DNA of 64,000 nucleotides from Gemmatimonadales bacterium (GTDB lineage Bacteria; Gemmatimonadota; Gemmatimonadetes; Gemmatimonadales; GWC2-71-9), in NCBI GenBank assembly GCA_965249575.1, contig OZ252244.1, positions 3,392,001 through 3,456,000 on the forward strand, given 5' to 3'. This document shows, piece by piece, positions 49,960 through 60,016 of the stretch. Each line of letters opens with the position of its first letter. The first letter of the stretch is position 1. The translations under genes were made by a program, and so were the position numbers. The notes below the pieces were generated by a model. That model ran no database searches and had not been told where the DNA came from. It saw only the letters and a program-made list of their open reading frames with translations.

Positions 49960-51750
49960 TCAGGTTTCTTTCAGCAATTCCCGATCGTACGCGGAGAGCA
50001 CCGCGCCCCGGCTGACGAGGCCGATCAGCCGGTCGCCGTGTGCCACATCGACGACGGGAATGTGGTGCGTCCCCCGGACGGCGAGGCGGTGCAGGGCCGT
50101 GAGGAGGGTGTCCTGCGGTGTGACCCGCTCGTATTGGTCCGTCACGAGGTCACCTGCTACCACGAGGGATGCCAAGGCGCTCGCCTCGGAGAGCACGGTG
50201 CGAATGTCGCCGTACGTCAGCATTCCCACGAGCGTGCCGTCCGCGGCGATCACCGGAAACTCAATCTGCGTGGTGGCGCCTACGGCTTCGGTAATGTCGG
50301 ATACCGGGGCGTTTTCCGCGATGACTCGGGGATGCGGATCGAGCGAATGCCGAACGGTGAGCCGCTCGAGGATCGCCGTGTCGCGTCCAAAACTGATGTG
50401 CTCGCCGCGCCGCACCAGCCACTCCGAGTAGATCGAATGTGGGTGGAGGCGCCGAGCGGTGATGTATGCGATCGCGCCGCACAGCATGAGCGGAAGAATC
50501 AACGCGTAGTCGCTGCTCATCTCAAAGACCATCATGATCGCGGTGAGGGGCGCGTGCGTGCTCGCGGCCACGAGACCCGCCATCCCCACGAGCGCGAAGG
50601 CCTCGGGCTCGATCGCGAATCCCGGGAGGAGATCCCGCGCGGCCACGGCGAAGCCACCCCCGATCATGGCTCCGATGAAGAGCGCGGGCGTGAACACGCC
50701 ACCCGCTCGAGTCGCACCCACCGTGACGGCGGTCGCCAGGAGCTTGGCCATCGCCAGCGCGACCAGGAAATACGCTGGTCGCTGGGCGATGATCCCCAAT
50801 CCGACGGTCTGATGGCCCTGACCCCACAGGTCGGCGCGGAAGACGATGTTGAGTGCCCCGACGACTATCCCTGCCAGTACGATCTGCTGCCACCACGATC
50901 CGACCGTATCGAGCCGTGCCGCCGTCGCGTGTACCGTACGAGTGTAGAGAACGGCCACCAATCCGGTGGCGATCCCGAGCAGGGCGTAGAGGATGAACTC
51001 GTTTGTTGGGCCGACACCATACTCGACCGGGATCGCGATGACGGGTGAGTCGCCGAAGGCGGAGCGTGAAATCACGGCTGCGATCACGCTGGCGACCAGG
51101 ATCGGAGGGAAGGCGCTCACTCCGAACGTTCCGAGCACTTTTTCGAGCGAGAAGAACACCCCGGCGATCGGGGCGTTGAAGGCCGCCGAGATTCCCGCGG
51201 CCGCGCCGCACGCCACGAGCACTTTGAGCCGTCCGGGGCCCGAACGAAAGAAACGCCCGATGCGCGATCCCAGGGCGGATCCCGCCACCGCCACGGGTCC
51301 CTCGGCGCCGGCCGACCCACCCGCACCGATGGCGATGGCCGCGCTGGCGGTCTTGACGGCAACGGGCCACGCGTGAATGATCCCGCCGCGCTTGGCGACG
51401 GCGCGCATGACGTCGGGCACGTTATCCCCATCGGAATCTTTTGCGCCGAAGCGCACCAGCGAGCGGGCGATTGCGAGACCGGCCAACACGACCAGCAGAA
51501 TCGAAACCCGGCCGGCACCGGTCAGGGTGTTGGCGGCTGATAGAGCGGCGATCTGAGCAAGGTCGATGAGTTTGTAGAAGGCGATGACGGCGAAGCCCAC
51601 CGTGCCGCCTATTCCAACGGCGAAGAGGACGAGCATGGTGCTCTCATCGGCCGCGATAGGGGGCATCCGCCTCATGAGAGCCTGACCGCGCTCGCTGATG
51701 CGGGCCCCGACCGCCCGATGCCAGGCGCGAACGCGCGACAAATCAAACAT
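49960..51750 (-). CDS. ClC-family chloride channel/antiporter with CBS pair
   Basis: GSAGAEGP, AAFNAPIAG, GGVFTP and APLTA motifs; two C-terminal CBS domains. Confidence 0.93.
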   Translation of the reverse strand: MFDLSRVRAWHRAVGARISERGQALMRRMPPIAADESTMLVLFAVGIGGTVGFAVIAFYKLIDLAQIAALSAANTLTGAGRVSILLVVLAGLAIARSLVRFGAKDSDGDNVPDVMRAVAKRGGIIHAWPVAVKTASAAIAIGAGGSAGAEGPVAVAGSALGSRIGRFFRSGPGRLKVLVACGAAAGISAAFNAPIAGVFFSLEKVLGTFGVSAFPPILVASVIAAVISRSAFGDSPVIAIPVEYGVGPTNEFILYALLGIATGLVAVLYTRTVHATAARLDTVGSWWQQIVLAGIVVGALNIVFRADLWGQGHQTVGLGIIAQRPAYFLVALAMAKLLATAVTVGATRAGGVFTPALFIGAMIGGGFAVAARDLLPGFAIEPEAFALVGMAGLVAASTHAPLTAIMMVFEMSSDYALILPLMLCGAIAYITARRLHPHSIYSEWLVRRGEHISFGRDTAILERLTVRHSLDPHPRVIAENAPVSDITEAVGATTQIEFPVIAADGTLVGMLTYGDIRTVLSEASALASLVVAGDLVTDQYERVTPQDTLLTALHRLAVRGTHHIPVVDVAHGDRLIGLVSRGAVLSAYDRELLKET

Positions 51751-51880
51751 GTCGCGCTCAAGATAGCCGTGTCCCGGGCGCCGTGGCACCCCGCGGTCGC
51801 CCATAGATGGCTAGTGAGGGGGCAAGAGAAGTGACATCGATAGCCGGGCCGAACGACCCGCGTTCAAGAGCTGGCGCCAC

Positions 51881-53338
51881 GTGACCGACACCGATTCCCA
51901 GCGGTCAAAGGTCCGCCAGCGCCTGGGCCTGCTCCTGGGGCCCGCGATCGCGGTGCTCATGCTCGTATCCCCGGTGCCGGTGGGCATGAGCGTCGCCGCG
52001 TGGCGCACGGCCGCGGTCGGGTGTCTGATGGCCACGTGGTGGGTCACGGAAGCAATCCCGATACCCGCGACGGCGCTTTTGCCGCTGGTGTTGCTCCCAC
52101 TGCTGGGCATCGTCCCCATTGCCACGACCGCGGCGCCCTATGCGAACCCAGTGATCTTCCTTTTTCTCGGGGGATTCGTCATCGCGACGGCCCTGCAGCG
52201 GTGTGGCCTCCATCTCCGCATGGCGCTCAAGATCATCGGAGCGGTGGGCGTACGGCCGGTGAACCTGATCGCCGGCTTCATGGTGGCGACTGCGTTCCTG
52301 TCCATGTGGGTGTCAAACACTGCGACCGTGATCATGATGCTGCCGATGGCGGTTTCCATCGTCGAGTTGATGGAAGGTAGGGGGGCAGGGAATGGACTTC
52401 CCCGGGCGGATTTCGCGGTGGCATTGCTGCTCGGGATCGCCTACGCCTCGAGCATCGGCGGGATCGGCACCCTGATCGGAACGCCGCCCAACGCCTTGCT
52501 CGCCGGATTCGCGTCGGAAACCTACGGGATAGAGATCGGGTTCGGGAGGTGGATGCTCGTCGGCGTGCCGGTCGTGGTAGTTGCACTCCCGCTCTGCTGG
52601 ATTCTGCTCACGCGGGTCGTGTTCCAGGTGCCGCATGACGAAATCCCCGGGGGTGCGGACGTTCTGCAGAATGAACTACTGAAGCTCGGAGCATTGTCCC
52701 GAGCGGAGAAGACCGTGGGGGCGATAACGGTTTGCACTGCGGCGGCCTGGCTGGCTCGGCCGCTCCTAGCACGGGTCGCACCGGGGGTCTCGGACGCGGG
52801 GATCGCCATCGCGGGGGCAGCTGCCCTTTTCGCGGTGCCGATAAGCTGGCGCCGGTTCGAGTTCGCGATGGAGTGGCGGGACGCGGAGCGGCTCCCATGG
52901 GGAGTGCTCGTCTTGTTTGGTGGTGGCCTGTCGCTCGCCGGCGCGATTGAGCACACGGGCCTGGCCCACTACGTTGGCGACGCCCTGTCGGGGCTGGGAG
53001 CGTGGCCGTTCGTGCTCGTCGCGATGGCGGTGACGGCCGTGATCGTGTTTCTAACCGAGCTGACCAGCAACACCGCCACCACCGCGGCTTTTCTGCCAGT
53101 CGTCTCCGCTCTCGCCGTGAGCATAGGGCAGAGTCCCTTGATGTTGGCCATCCCCGCCGTCATGGCTGCGAGTTGCGCGTTCATGATGCCCGTGGCTACA
53201 CCTCCGAACGCCATCGTGTACGCCAGCGGCCGACTCACCATCCCGGTAATGGCGCGTGCGGGAATTCTGCTCAACATCGTGTTCGTGTTTCTCATCACGG
53301 CGGCGACGTTCCTGCTCGCCGTGCGTGTCTTCGGCTAA
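51881..53338 (+). CDS. SLC13/DASS sodium:dicarboxylate/sulfate symporter
   Basis: WWVTEAIP, SMWVSNTAT, IGTPPN, TSNTAT and PVATPPNA motifs. Confidence 0.94.
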   Translation: MTDTDSQRSKVRQRLGLLLGPAIAVLMLVSPVPVGMSVAAWRTAAVGCLMATWWVTEAIPIPATALLPLVLLPLLGIVPIATTAAPYANPVIFLFLGGFVIATALQRCGLHLRMALKIIGAVGVRPVNLIAGFMVATAFLSMWVSNTATVIMMLPMAVSIVELMEGRGAGNGLPRADFAVALLLGIAYASSIGGIGTLIGTPPNALLAGFASETYGIEIGFGRWMLVGVPVVVVALPLCWILLTRVVFQVPHDEIPGGADVLQNELLKLGALSRAEKTVGAITVCTAAAWLARPLLARVAPGVSDAGIAIAGAAALFAVPISWRRFEFAMEWRDAERLPWGVLVLFGGGLSLAGAIEHTGLAHYVGDALSGLGAWPFVLVAMAVTAVIVFLTELTSNTATTAAFLPVVSALAVSIGQSPLMLAIPAVMAASCAFMMPVATPPNAIVYASGRLTIPVMARAGILLNIVFVFLITAATFLLAVRVFG

Positions 53339-53454
53339 AGCGGGACGGATTGCGGGACCACGTGCCAGGGAACGCCGTGTACCGGTCCACCGCGAGAACC
53401 GCACGGACCCGTTTTTCTTGTTGGACGCATGCCACGGGGTCTTAGTGTCTTCCC

Positions 53455-53483
53455 TTGACCCGCGTGTAACCCGAGCGTAGGCT
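53455..53483 (+). promoter_or_regulatory. sigma70 promoter of the cox-like operon
   Basis: TTGACC-N17-TAGGCT, about 50 nt before the coxS-like ATG. Confidence 0.55.
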
Positions 53484-53531
53484 ATCGCTCCTACCATTCC
53501 GCGGCGTCCCTTCCGCCAACGGGGGCACTAA

Positions 53532-54026
53532 ATGAAGCATCCAGTGACATTGACCGTGAATGGAGAGACCCGCACGGCTCACGTTGAAGCGCGGGATTTG
53601 CTGGTGCACGTACTGCGCGATCAGCTCGATCTGACGGGGACCCACGTTGGGTGCGACACCAGCCAGTGTGGGGCATGTACCGTGTTGCTCGATGGTAAGG
53701 CGGTGAAGAGCTGTTCGGTACTAGCGATGCAGGCCGACGGCAAGCAGATCACAACGATCGAGGGATTGGCGAACGGTAACGCCTTACATGCGGTTCAGGA
53801 GGCATTCTGGGCCAAGCATGGGCTGCAATGCGGCTTCTGCACCCCGGGTGTGATCATGACGGCCGTGGATCTGCTCGATGAGCATCTCGATCCTTCCGAA
53901 GAACAGATTCGGCACGCCCTGGAGGGCAACTACTGCCGCTGCACGGGCTATCAGAACATCGTCACGAGCATCCGGGAAGCGGCGACCACCATTCGCACCG
54001 GGCAGTCGGCCGGCGCGGCGAGCTGA
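53532..54026 (+). CDS. (2Fe-2S) small subunit, CoxS-like
   Basis: [19 protein letters not shown] and CRCTGY motifs. Confidence 0.95.
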   Translation: MKHPVTLTVNGETRTAHVEARDLLVHVLRDQLDLTGTHVGCDTSQCGACTVLLDGKAVKSCSVLAMQADGKQITTIEGLANGNALHAVQEAFWAKHGLQCGFCTPGVIMTAVDLLDEHLDPSEEQIRHALEGNYCRCTGYQNIVTSIREAATTIRTGQSAGAAS

Positions 54027-54038
54027 GGAGGCGCGCTC

Positions 54039-56393
54039 ATGGCTACGCTGTTCGGCTCCGGCATCAAGCGGCGAGAGGACCCTCGGCTCATTACGGGGAC
54101 GGCAACCTATACTGGCGACGTCAAGTTGCCGGGGATGCTCTATGCCGCCTTTCTGCGCAGCACGCACGCGCACGCGCGACTGAAGGGCGTCGACACGAGT
54201 CACGCCAAATCGGCTACGGGTGTGGTTGCGGTTTACACGGGGGCGGACGTCAAGGATCGCGTTGGGGCGGTGCCCTGCGCCTGGACGGTCCCGGACTGCG
54301 ACCTGAAGCCTCCCCCACACCCGCCACTGGCCGTCGATCGGGTCAGGCACGTCGGCGATGGCGTCGCGCTGGTAATCGCGGAGTCCCGCGCGGAGGCTCG
54401 CGACGCGTTGGATTTGATCGACGTAGCCTACGAGCCGCTCGACGCCGTGACCGATCCCGAGGCGGCGACGAAACCGGGAGCGCCACAGCTCCACGACGAA
54501 GTGCCGTCGAACGTCGCCTTCACCTGGAAGGTCGCGGGCGGAGACGCTGACAAGGCGTTCGCCGAGGCGGAGGCTACGGTTGAGCAACGCCTAGTGCACC
54601 CCAGGCTCCAGGCGACCGCCATCGAGCCCCGCGCCGCCGTTGCGAGTTTCAACGGAGCGATGGGCCAGCTGACGCTCTGGGTAACGAGCCAGAATCCGCA
54701 CATTCACCGGTTTCTGTGTTCGGTAGTGCTGAGCCTCCCCGAACACAAGGTACACGTGATCGCCCCCGAGATCGGCGGGGCGTTCGGGAGCAAAATCCCG
54801 GTGTACGCCGACGAGATCCTGGTCAGTTTCGCGGCGATGGACACGGGTCGGCCGGTCAAGTGGACCGAAGATCGATCGGAGAACTACAAGATCACGACGC
54901 ACGGGCGGGATCACGTCCAGTACGTTTCCCTGTGTGGAAAACGCGACGGCACGATTACGGGTCTCCGAACGAAGGTTTACGCTGGTCTCGGAGGCTACGC
55001 GTCGACCGGAGCACCCGGCGTCCCTACAATTCTCCACGGGCTCATGTACTCCGGCGCATACACGATACCGAGTATTGATGGTACGGTTTTCGGGGTCTAC
55101 ACGACCGGCGCACCGGTGGATGCGTATCGTGGGGCTGGCCGGCCAGAGGCCACATACCTGCTAGAAAGGCTCGTCGACCTGTTCGCGGCCGAAATCGGGA
55201 AGGACCCGATCCAGGTGCGTCGCAAGAACCTCATTCCCAAGGACGCGTTTCCGTACACCGTCGCAACTGGGATAGTCTACGATTCGGGAAACTACCAGGG
55301 CGCGCTCGACAAGGCGCTTGGCATCTTCGACTATGACGCGTTTCGCGCCGAACAGAAGGCCGCCCGCCGAAAGGGCAGGTACCTCGGCGTAGGCGTGACG
55401 ACCTATACGGAAATCTGCGGGCTCGGCCCGTCCCAGGTGGCGGGAGCCGTGGGATTCGGCGGAGGCCTGTATGACAGTGCGCTCGTCCGCGTCTACCCGA
55501 CCGGGGTCATCCGGGTGTACATTGGTGGCAAACCTCACGGGCAGGGAGAGGAGACGACGTTCGCGCAGATCGTCGCGGACGAGCTGGGCGTCCCCATCGA
55601 AGACGTCGAGATCGTCGCCGGTGATACCGAAGCGACTCCGCAGGGATGGGGCACGTATGGGAGCCGCACTACGGCGGTTTGCGGCGTGGCGGTTCTCACG
55701 GCAACACGCCGCGTCAAGGAAAAAGCCAAGAAGCTAGCCGCGCATCTCCTTGAGGCTAACGAAGCCGACCTGGAATGGGAAGACGGCAAGTTCGTGGTCC
55801 GTGGGTCGCCGGATCAGGCGAAGAGCTTCGCGGAGGCCGCGCTGATGGCGAACGTCGCCTGGAATCTCCCAGAGGGAATGGAGCCCGGGCTCGAGGCCAA
55901 CGCGTTCTTCGATCCGTCGAACTTCGTCTATCCCTTCGGCACCCATATCTGCAGCGTCGAGGTCGATGGCGAAACCGGGGAGGTGAAGATCCTGCGATAC
56001 ATCGCTGTGGACGACTGCGGTCCCCAGATCAATCCGATGATTGTCGAAGGGCAAGTTCACGGCGGCGTGGTCCAAGGAATTGGAGAAGCGTTGCAGGAAC
56101 GGGCTGTATACGATGAGGACGGCCAGCTCCTGACCGGAACCATGATGGACTACGCCGTGCCCAAGGCGTCTCAAATGCCGCGCATGGAGATCGATCACAC
56201 CGTCACGCCGTCTCCGGTCAATCCGCTTGGCGTTAAGGGTGTCGGCGAGACCGGTACGATCGCGTCGAGCGTGACCGTAGTGAATGCCGTCTGCGATGCC
56301 CTGGAACCCCTGGGCATCAAGCACATCGACAAGCCGCTGACCCCGGCGCGGGTTTGGGCCGCCATGCGCGAAGCGAAGGGAGGCGCACGATGA
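54039..56393 (+). CDS. Molybdopterin-binding large subunit, xanthine oxidase family (form II CoxL-like)
   Basis: GGAFGSK, AYRGAGRPE active-site loop, HGQG, GSR, QVHGG and KGVGE motifs. Confidence 0.93.
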   Translation: MATLFGSGIKRREDPRLITGTATYTGDVKLPGMLYAAFLRSTHAHARLKGVDTSHAKSATGVVAVYTGADVKDRVGAVPCAWTVPDCDLKPPPHPPLAVDRVRHVGDGVALVIAESRAEARDALDLIDVAYEPLDAVTDPEAATKPGAPQLHDEVPSNVAFTWKVAGGDADKAFAEAEATVEQRLVHPRLQATAIEPRAAVASFNGAMGQLTLWVTSQNPHIHRFLCSVVLSLPEHKVHVIAPEIGGAFGSKIPVYADEILVSFAAMDTGRPVKWTEDRSENYKITTHGRDHVQYVSLCGKRDGTITGLRTKVYAGLGGYASTGAPGVPTILHGLMYSGAYTIPSIDGTVFGVYTTGAPVDAYRGAGRPEATYLLERLVDLFAAEIGKDPIQVRRKNLIPKDAFPYTVATGIVYDSGNYQGALDKALGIFDYDAFRAEQKAARRKGRYLGVGVTTYTEICGLGPSQVAGAVGFGGGLYDSALVRVYPTGVIRVYIGGKPHGQGEETTFAQIVADELGVPIEDVEIVAGDTEATPQGWGTYGSRTTAVCGVAVLTATRRVKEKAKKLAAHLLEANEADLEWEDGKFVVRGSPDQAKSFAEAALMANVAWNLPEGMEPGLEANAFFDPSNFVYPFGTHICSVEVDGETGEVKILRYIAVDDCGPQINPMIVEGQVHGGVVQGIGEALQERAVYDEDGQLLTGTMMDYAVPKASQMPRMEIDHTVTPSPVNPLGVKGVGETGTIASSVTVVNAVCDALEPLGIKHIDKPLTPARVWAAMREAKGGAR

Positions 56394-57246
56394 TTCCCGC
56401 TTCGTTTGACTACGCCCGGGCCAAGTCCGTCAACGATGCGCTCAAGGCGTTGGCAGCGGGCGACGGCAGCAAGGTGATCGCTGGCGGACAGAGTCTCATC
56501 CCACTGCTCCGGTTTCGTCTGGCGTCCGCACCCAAGCTGGTCGACATCGGGCACCTGCCGAAACTCAAGGGCGTGCGGAAGGTACGAGGCGGTGTCAGGA
56601 TCGGCGCCACGACGACGTTCCGAGAGCTCTTGGATTCCGAGGTGGTGCGGACAGCGTTTCCCATTATGGCGGAGGCCATCGAAGGTGTCGGTGATCGACA
56701 GGTGAGGAACCGGGGCACGATCGGCGGGAATCTGGCTCATGCCGATCCAGCGTCGGACCTACCCGCCGTGATGCTTGCGCTGGGCGCGTCGTTCACGTTG
56801 AGCGCAAGAGCGGGGAGCGAACGGTCGAGGCACACGCGTTCTTCAAGGGTGCGTTCACTACGGCCTTGAATGACACGGAGCTGTTGACGGAGATTCACGT
56901 CCCGTTCCTCGGAAGCCGCTCGGGGACAGCTTACGTGAGCTTCGAGCAGCCCGCCTCGGGCTATGCCCTGGCCGGCGCCGCTGCGGTGATCGGGTTGTCC
57001 CGCAGCACGGTCAAATCGGCGAGCCTGGCCTTCACGGGTGTGGCGGACACACCGTTTGCCGCCGATACCGGCAGCCTCGTCGACACGAGGGCCGATGACG
57101 GCGCCGTATCGAGCGTAGTCGACTCCGCGCTAGCGAATGTGGACGCGCTCGAGGATATCCATGCGCCCGCGGACTATTGCCTCCACCTCGCAGGCGTGGC
57201 GGCGCGGCGGGCCATCGGGAACGCGGTGGCGCGGGCGAGGCTGTAA
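56390..57246 (+). pseudogene. FAD-binding medium subunit (CoxM-like), frameshifted near 56803
   Basis: AGGQSLIP and QVRNRGTIGGN motifs. After FTLS the homologous sequence KSGERTVEAHAFFKGAFTTALNDTELL continues in the frame of ORF 56866-57246. Confidence 0.85.
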
Positions 57247-57421
57247 CAGGATTGTGCGTCTCGAGTTTGCGGGCGCTCCGGAGATCGCGGCGACGCCGGA
57301 GCGGGCGTGGCGGCGCGGCGGGCCATCGGGAACGCGGTGGCGCGGGCGAGGCTGTAACAGGATTGTGCGTCTCGAGTTTGCGGGCGCTCCGGAGATCGCG
57401 GCGACGCCGGAGCGGGCGTGG
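57193..57421. repeat. 111-bp perfect tandem duplication bounded by 7-bp microhomology GGCGTGG
   Basis: GGCGTGG at 57193, 57304 and 57415, with identical intervening sequence. It spans the coxM-like stop and the coxG-like start. Confidence 0.95.
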
Positions 57422-57817
57422 GACTGCCTCATGGACCATGAGCTCGTCGCTTCGTGCGCGCCTGGCGTGGAAACGGTCGAGCCGCTCGACGAGACGCATT
57501 TCAGGGTCGTGTCTGCGATCGGCGTCGGAGCAATCAAGGCCAGGTTCAAACTCAACGTGGAGCTCACCGATCTGGTCCCACCCACGAGCCTCGAGATAGC
57601 GGTACGGGGCTCGGCGCCCGGGTCTGCGGTCGACGCTCTCACGACGCTCCGGATCGAAGCGCTGGCTGCCGGTCGCAGCCGCCTCAGCTGGACGGCAACG
57701 GCAAATGTCCGTGGGACGCTGGCGAGTGTCGGTTCGCGCCTAATGAAAGGAACGGCGCGAAAACTCACCGAGCAGTTCTGGCAGGATTTTGCGGAACTGG
57801 TAGGGAGTAGGGGTTAG
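57365..57817 (+). CDS. CoxG/SRPBCC family protein
   Basis: W..L.D...VASCAPG pattern and SRPBCC-like length. An alternative in-frame GTG at 57254 is created by the duplication. Confidence 0.88.
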   Translation: MRLEFAGAPEIAATPERAWDCLMDHELVASCAPGVETVEPLDETHFRVVSAIGVGAIKARFKLNVELTDLVPPTSLEIAVRGSAPGSAVDALTTLRIEALAAGRSRLSWTATANVRGTLASVGSRLMKGTARKLTEQFWQDFAELVGSRG

Positions 57818-57880
57818 GGCATAGAGGCATCTCGCCCATACCGAAATCCGAATTCCTACCCCCTACCCCCTACCCCTACT
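57801..57880. repeat. Short heptamer-like tandem repeats in inverted orientation (TAGGGRG / CCCCCTA)
   Basis: TAGGGAG TAGGGGT TAGGGCA ... CCTACCCCCTACCCCCTACCCCTAC between coxG-like and coxD-like genes. Confidence 0.6.
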
Positions 57881-57891
57881 CGCCAATCCCC

Positions 57892-58782
57892 ATGTCGATC
57901 CCGAGCATCGAGACACTGCAGAAGCGATTCGCCGACGCGCGGTACGTGGCGGGCCGAGATCTGGCAACTTCCATTTACATCTCGCTCGCACTCGAGCGAC
58001 CGCTCCTGCTCGAGGGAGAAGCTGGTGTAGGGAAAACAGAGGTCGCCGCTAGCCTGGCCCGCGTAATGGACGCCGAGCTCATCCGGCTGCAGTGCTATGA
58101 GGGTATCGACGTCAATACCGCGGTCTACGAGTGGGATTACCCACGTCAGATGCTGCACATACGGATGCTGGAGGCTCGGGGCGAGGCGAAGACGGCCGGC
58201 ACGGGCGACATCTTCAGTGAGGAGTTCCTGATCAAGCGGCCGCTGCTCAGATCATTGGAGGATCGTTCCGGGGAGCCGCCGGTGCTCCTGATTGACGAGG
58301 TGGACCGCGCCGACGAGGAGTTCGAAGCGTTCTTACTGGAGTTGCTCAGTGATTTTGCCGTGACGATTCCCGAGATCGGCACTCTCCGCGCGAAGCGGTC
58401 CCCTAGGGTAATCCTCACGAGCAATCGAACTCGGGAGGTGCACGACGCGCTCAAACGGCGGTGTCTCTACCACTGGATCGATTATCCGACTGCCGAGCGG
58501 GAGTATGCCATTCTCGAGACCCGGCTACCAGGGTACCCGGAGGATTTGGCTCGAGAGGTCGTGTCGTTCGTTCAGCGTCTGCGGACAGCCGATCTGACCA
58601 AGGTCCCCGGTGTCGCGGAAACGCTGGACTGGGCCGCGGCGCTGGTCGCGCTTGGTGCACGGCGTCTCGAGGCTGAGGATGTGGACCGGACACTCGGTGT
58701 ACTGCTCAAGTATCAGGAAGACGTCGTCGCGATGCAGGGCGGGGCGGCGGGAGCGATACTGGCGGAGCTCAAGGCTTCATAA
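57892..58782 (+). CDS. MoxR-family AAA+ ATPase (CoxD-like)
   Basis: LEGEAGVGKT, LQCYEG, LIDEVDR and ALKRRC motifs. Confidence 0.93.
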   Translation: MSIPSIETLQKRFADARYVAGRDLATSIYISLALERPLLLEGEAGVGKTEVAASLARVMDAELIRLQCYEGIDVNTAVYEWDYPRQMLHIRMLEARGEAKTAGTGDIFSEEFLIKRPLLRSLEDRSGEPPVLLIDEVDRADEEFEAFLLELLSDFAVTIPEIGTLRAKRSPRVILTSNRTREVHDALKRRCLYHWIDYPTAEREYAILETRLPGYPEDLAREVVSFVQRLRTADLTKVPGVAETLDWAAALVALGARRLEAEDVDRTLGVLLKYQEDVVAMQGGAAGAILAELKAS

Positions 58783-59928
58783 ATGGTGCACGACGCGCGG
58801 GCAATTTCGGGAAGGCTGCTGGCGGAAAACGTTGTGACCTTCGGCAGACTCTTGCGACGGGTGGGGCTATCGCCCAGCACGCAGGAGATCGAGCTCTTCA
58901 TCCGCGCGCTCACCGCGCTTGGCTTGGCCAACAGGAACGACGCGAAAGCGGCTGGCCGGACGATCTTTACCCGCAGGCGAGAGGAACGCGGCCTCTACGA
59001 GGCCGCGTTCGACTTGTATTGGCGACGATCGACGATAGAGGGTGGGATCTCGGTGCGGCTGCCCCGCATCCGGCAGCGGCCTCAGCGAGGCGGACTGGAG
59101 TTGGGGGAGCAGGTGGCCCGGGCCGACGTACGGGAGTCCGTGACGCCGGTTCGGCCCGACAGCGCTAGCACGCGAGAACAGCTCCGGAACGTCGACTTTG
59201 CCGAGCTTACACCGTCTGAGCTGCGGGACGCGGATCGAATGATCGAGGCGTTACGCCCACGGCTGCCGCACCGGCGAGGCCGGAGGCCAGAGGTGAGCCG
59301 GTCGGGCAGCAGGCCCGCCGCCCGGCGGATGCTGCGCCGGGCGCTGAGTACTGCCGGGGAGCAGCTCGAGTGGCGGTGGCTGCGGCGTACGAAACGGCCG
59401 CGACCGGTCGTGTTGGTGTGTGACATCAGCGGATCTATGGAGCGGTACTCGCGGTTCTTGCTGCGGTTCGCGCATGCCCTCTCGCGGTGCGGAGCTCCCA
59501 TCGAGGCGTTCGTCTTCGGCACCCGGCTGACACGAATCACCCGGCAACTGCGCTCGAGGGACGCGGACGTTGCGCTAGCCAGGGTGGCGGAGCGCGTGGT
59601 TGACTGGAGCGGCGGCACCCAGATCGGACCGAGTCTGAAACAGCTCAACCGCCAGTGGGTGCGGCGCACAATCCGTAGCGGGGCAGTGGTCCTGATCGTG
59701 TCGGATGGATGGGAGCGTGGCGATCCGGAGCTACTCCGAAGGCAGACACAGCTCCTTCGCCGCTCATGTCACCGGCTCGTGTGGCTCACTCCGCTCGCCC
59801 AGCGGCCGGGGTTCCAGCCACTCACGCTGGGGCTCCAGGCGGCGATTCCCCACGTGGATGCGCTCATCCCGTGCGGCAACGTTGCATCCTTGGAGGCACT
59901 GGCGAAGCGGTTGAAGGAATGGGAGTGA
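58783..59928 (+). CDS. VWA-domain protein (CoxE-like)
   Basis: DISGSM MIDAS, FGTRLTRIT, WSGGT and SDGWERG motifs. Confidence 0.92.
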   Translation: MVHDARAISGRLLAENVVTFGRLLRRVGLSPSTQEIELFIRALTALGLANRNDAKAAGRTIFTRRREERGLYEAAFDLYWRRSTIEGGISVRLPRIRQRPQRGGLELGEQVARADVRESVTPVRPDSASTREQLRNVDFAELTPSELRDADRMIEALRPRLPHRRGRRPEVSRSGSRPAARRMLRRALSTAGEQLEWRWLRRTKRPRPVVLVCDISGSMERYSRFLLRFAHALSRCGAPIEAFVFGTRLTRITRQLRSRDADVALARVAERVVDWSGGTQIGPSLKQLNRQWVRRTIRSGAVVLIVSDGWERGDPELLRRQTQLLRRSCHRLVWLTPLAQRPGFQPLTLGLQAAIPHVDALIPCGNVASLEALAKRLKEWE

Positions 59929-60016
59929 AGTGCGAATCGATCACGGCGGTGCGAGAGCCCGCGTCGCCCAGGTGAATTCCCCGGGCACTCCCGCAGCGCC
60001 GTCACCGGTTTCGTTT

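Noticed and set aside
54039..56393. Bona fide aerobic CO dehydrogenase
   Set aside because: It lacks the form I AYxCSFR motif and gene order.
57193..57421. CRISPR array or IS element
   Set aside because: Two contiguous copies with no spacers, and no cas or transposase genes anywhere in the window.
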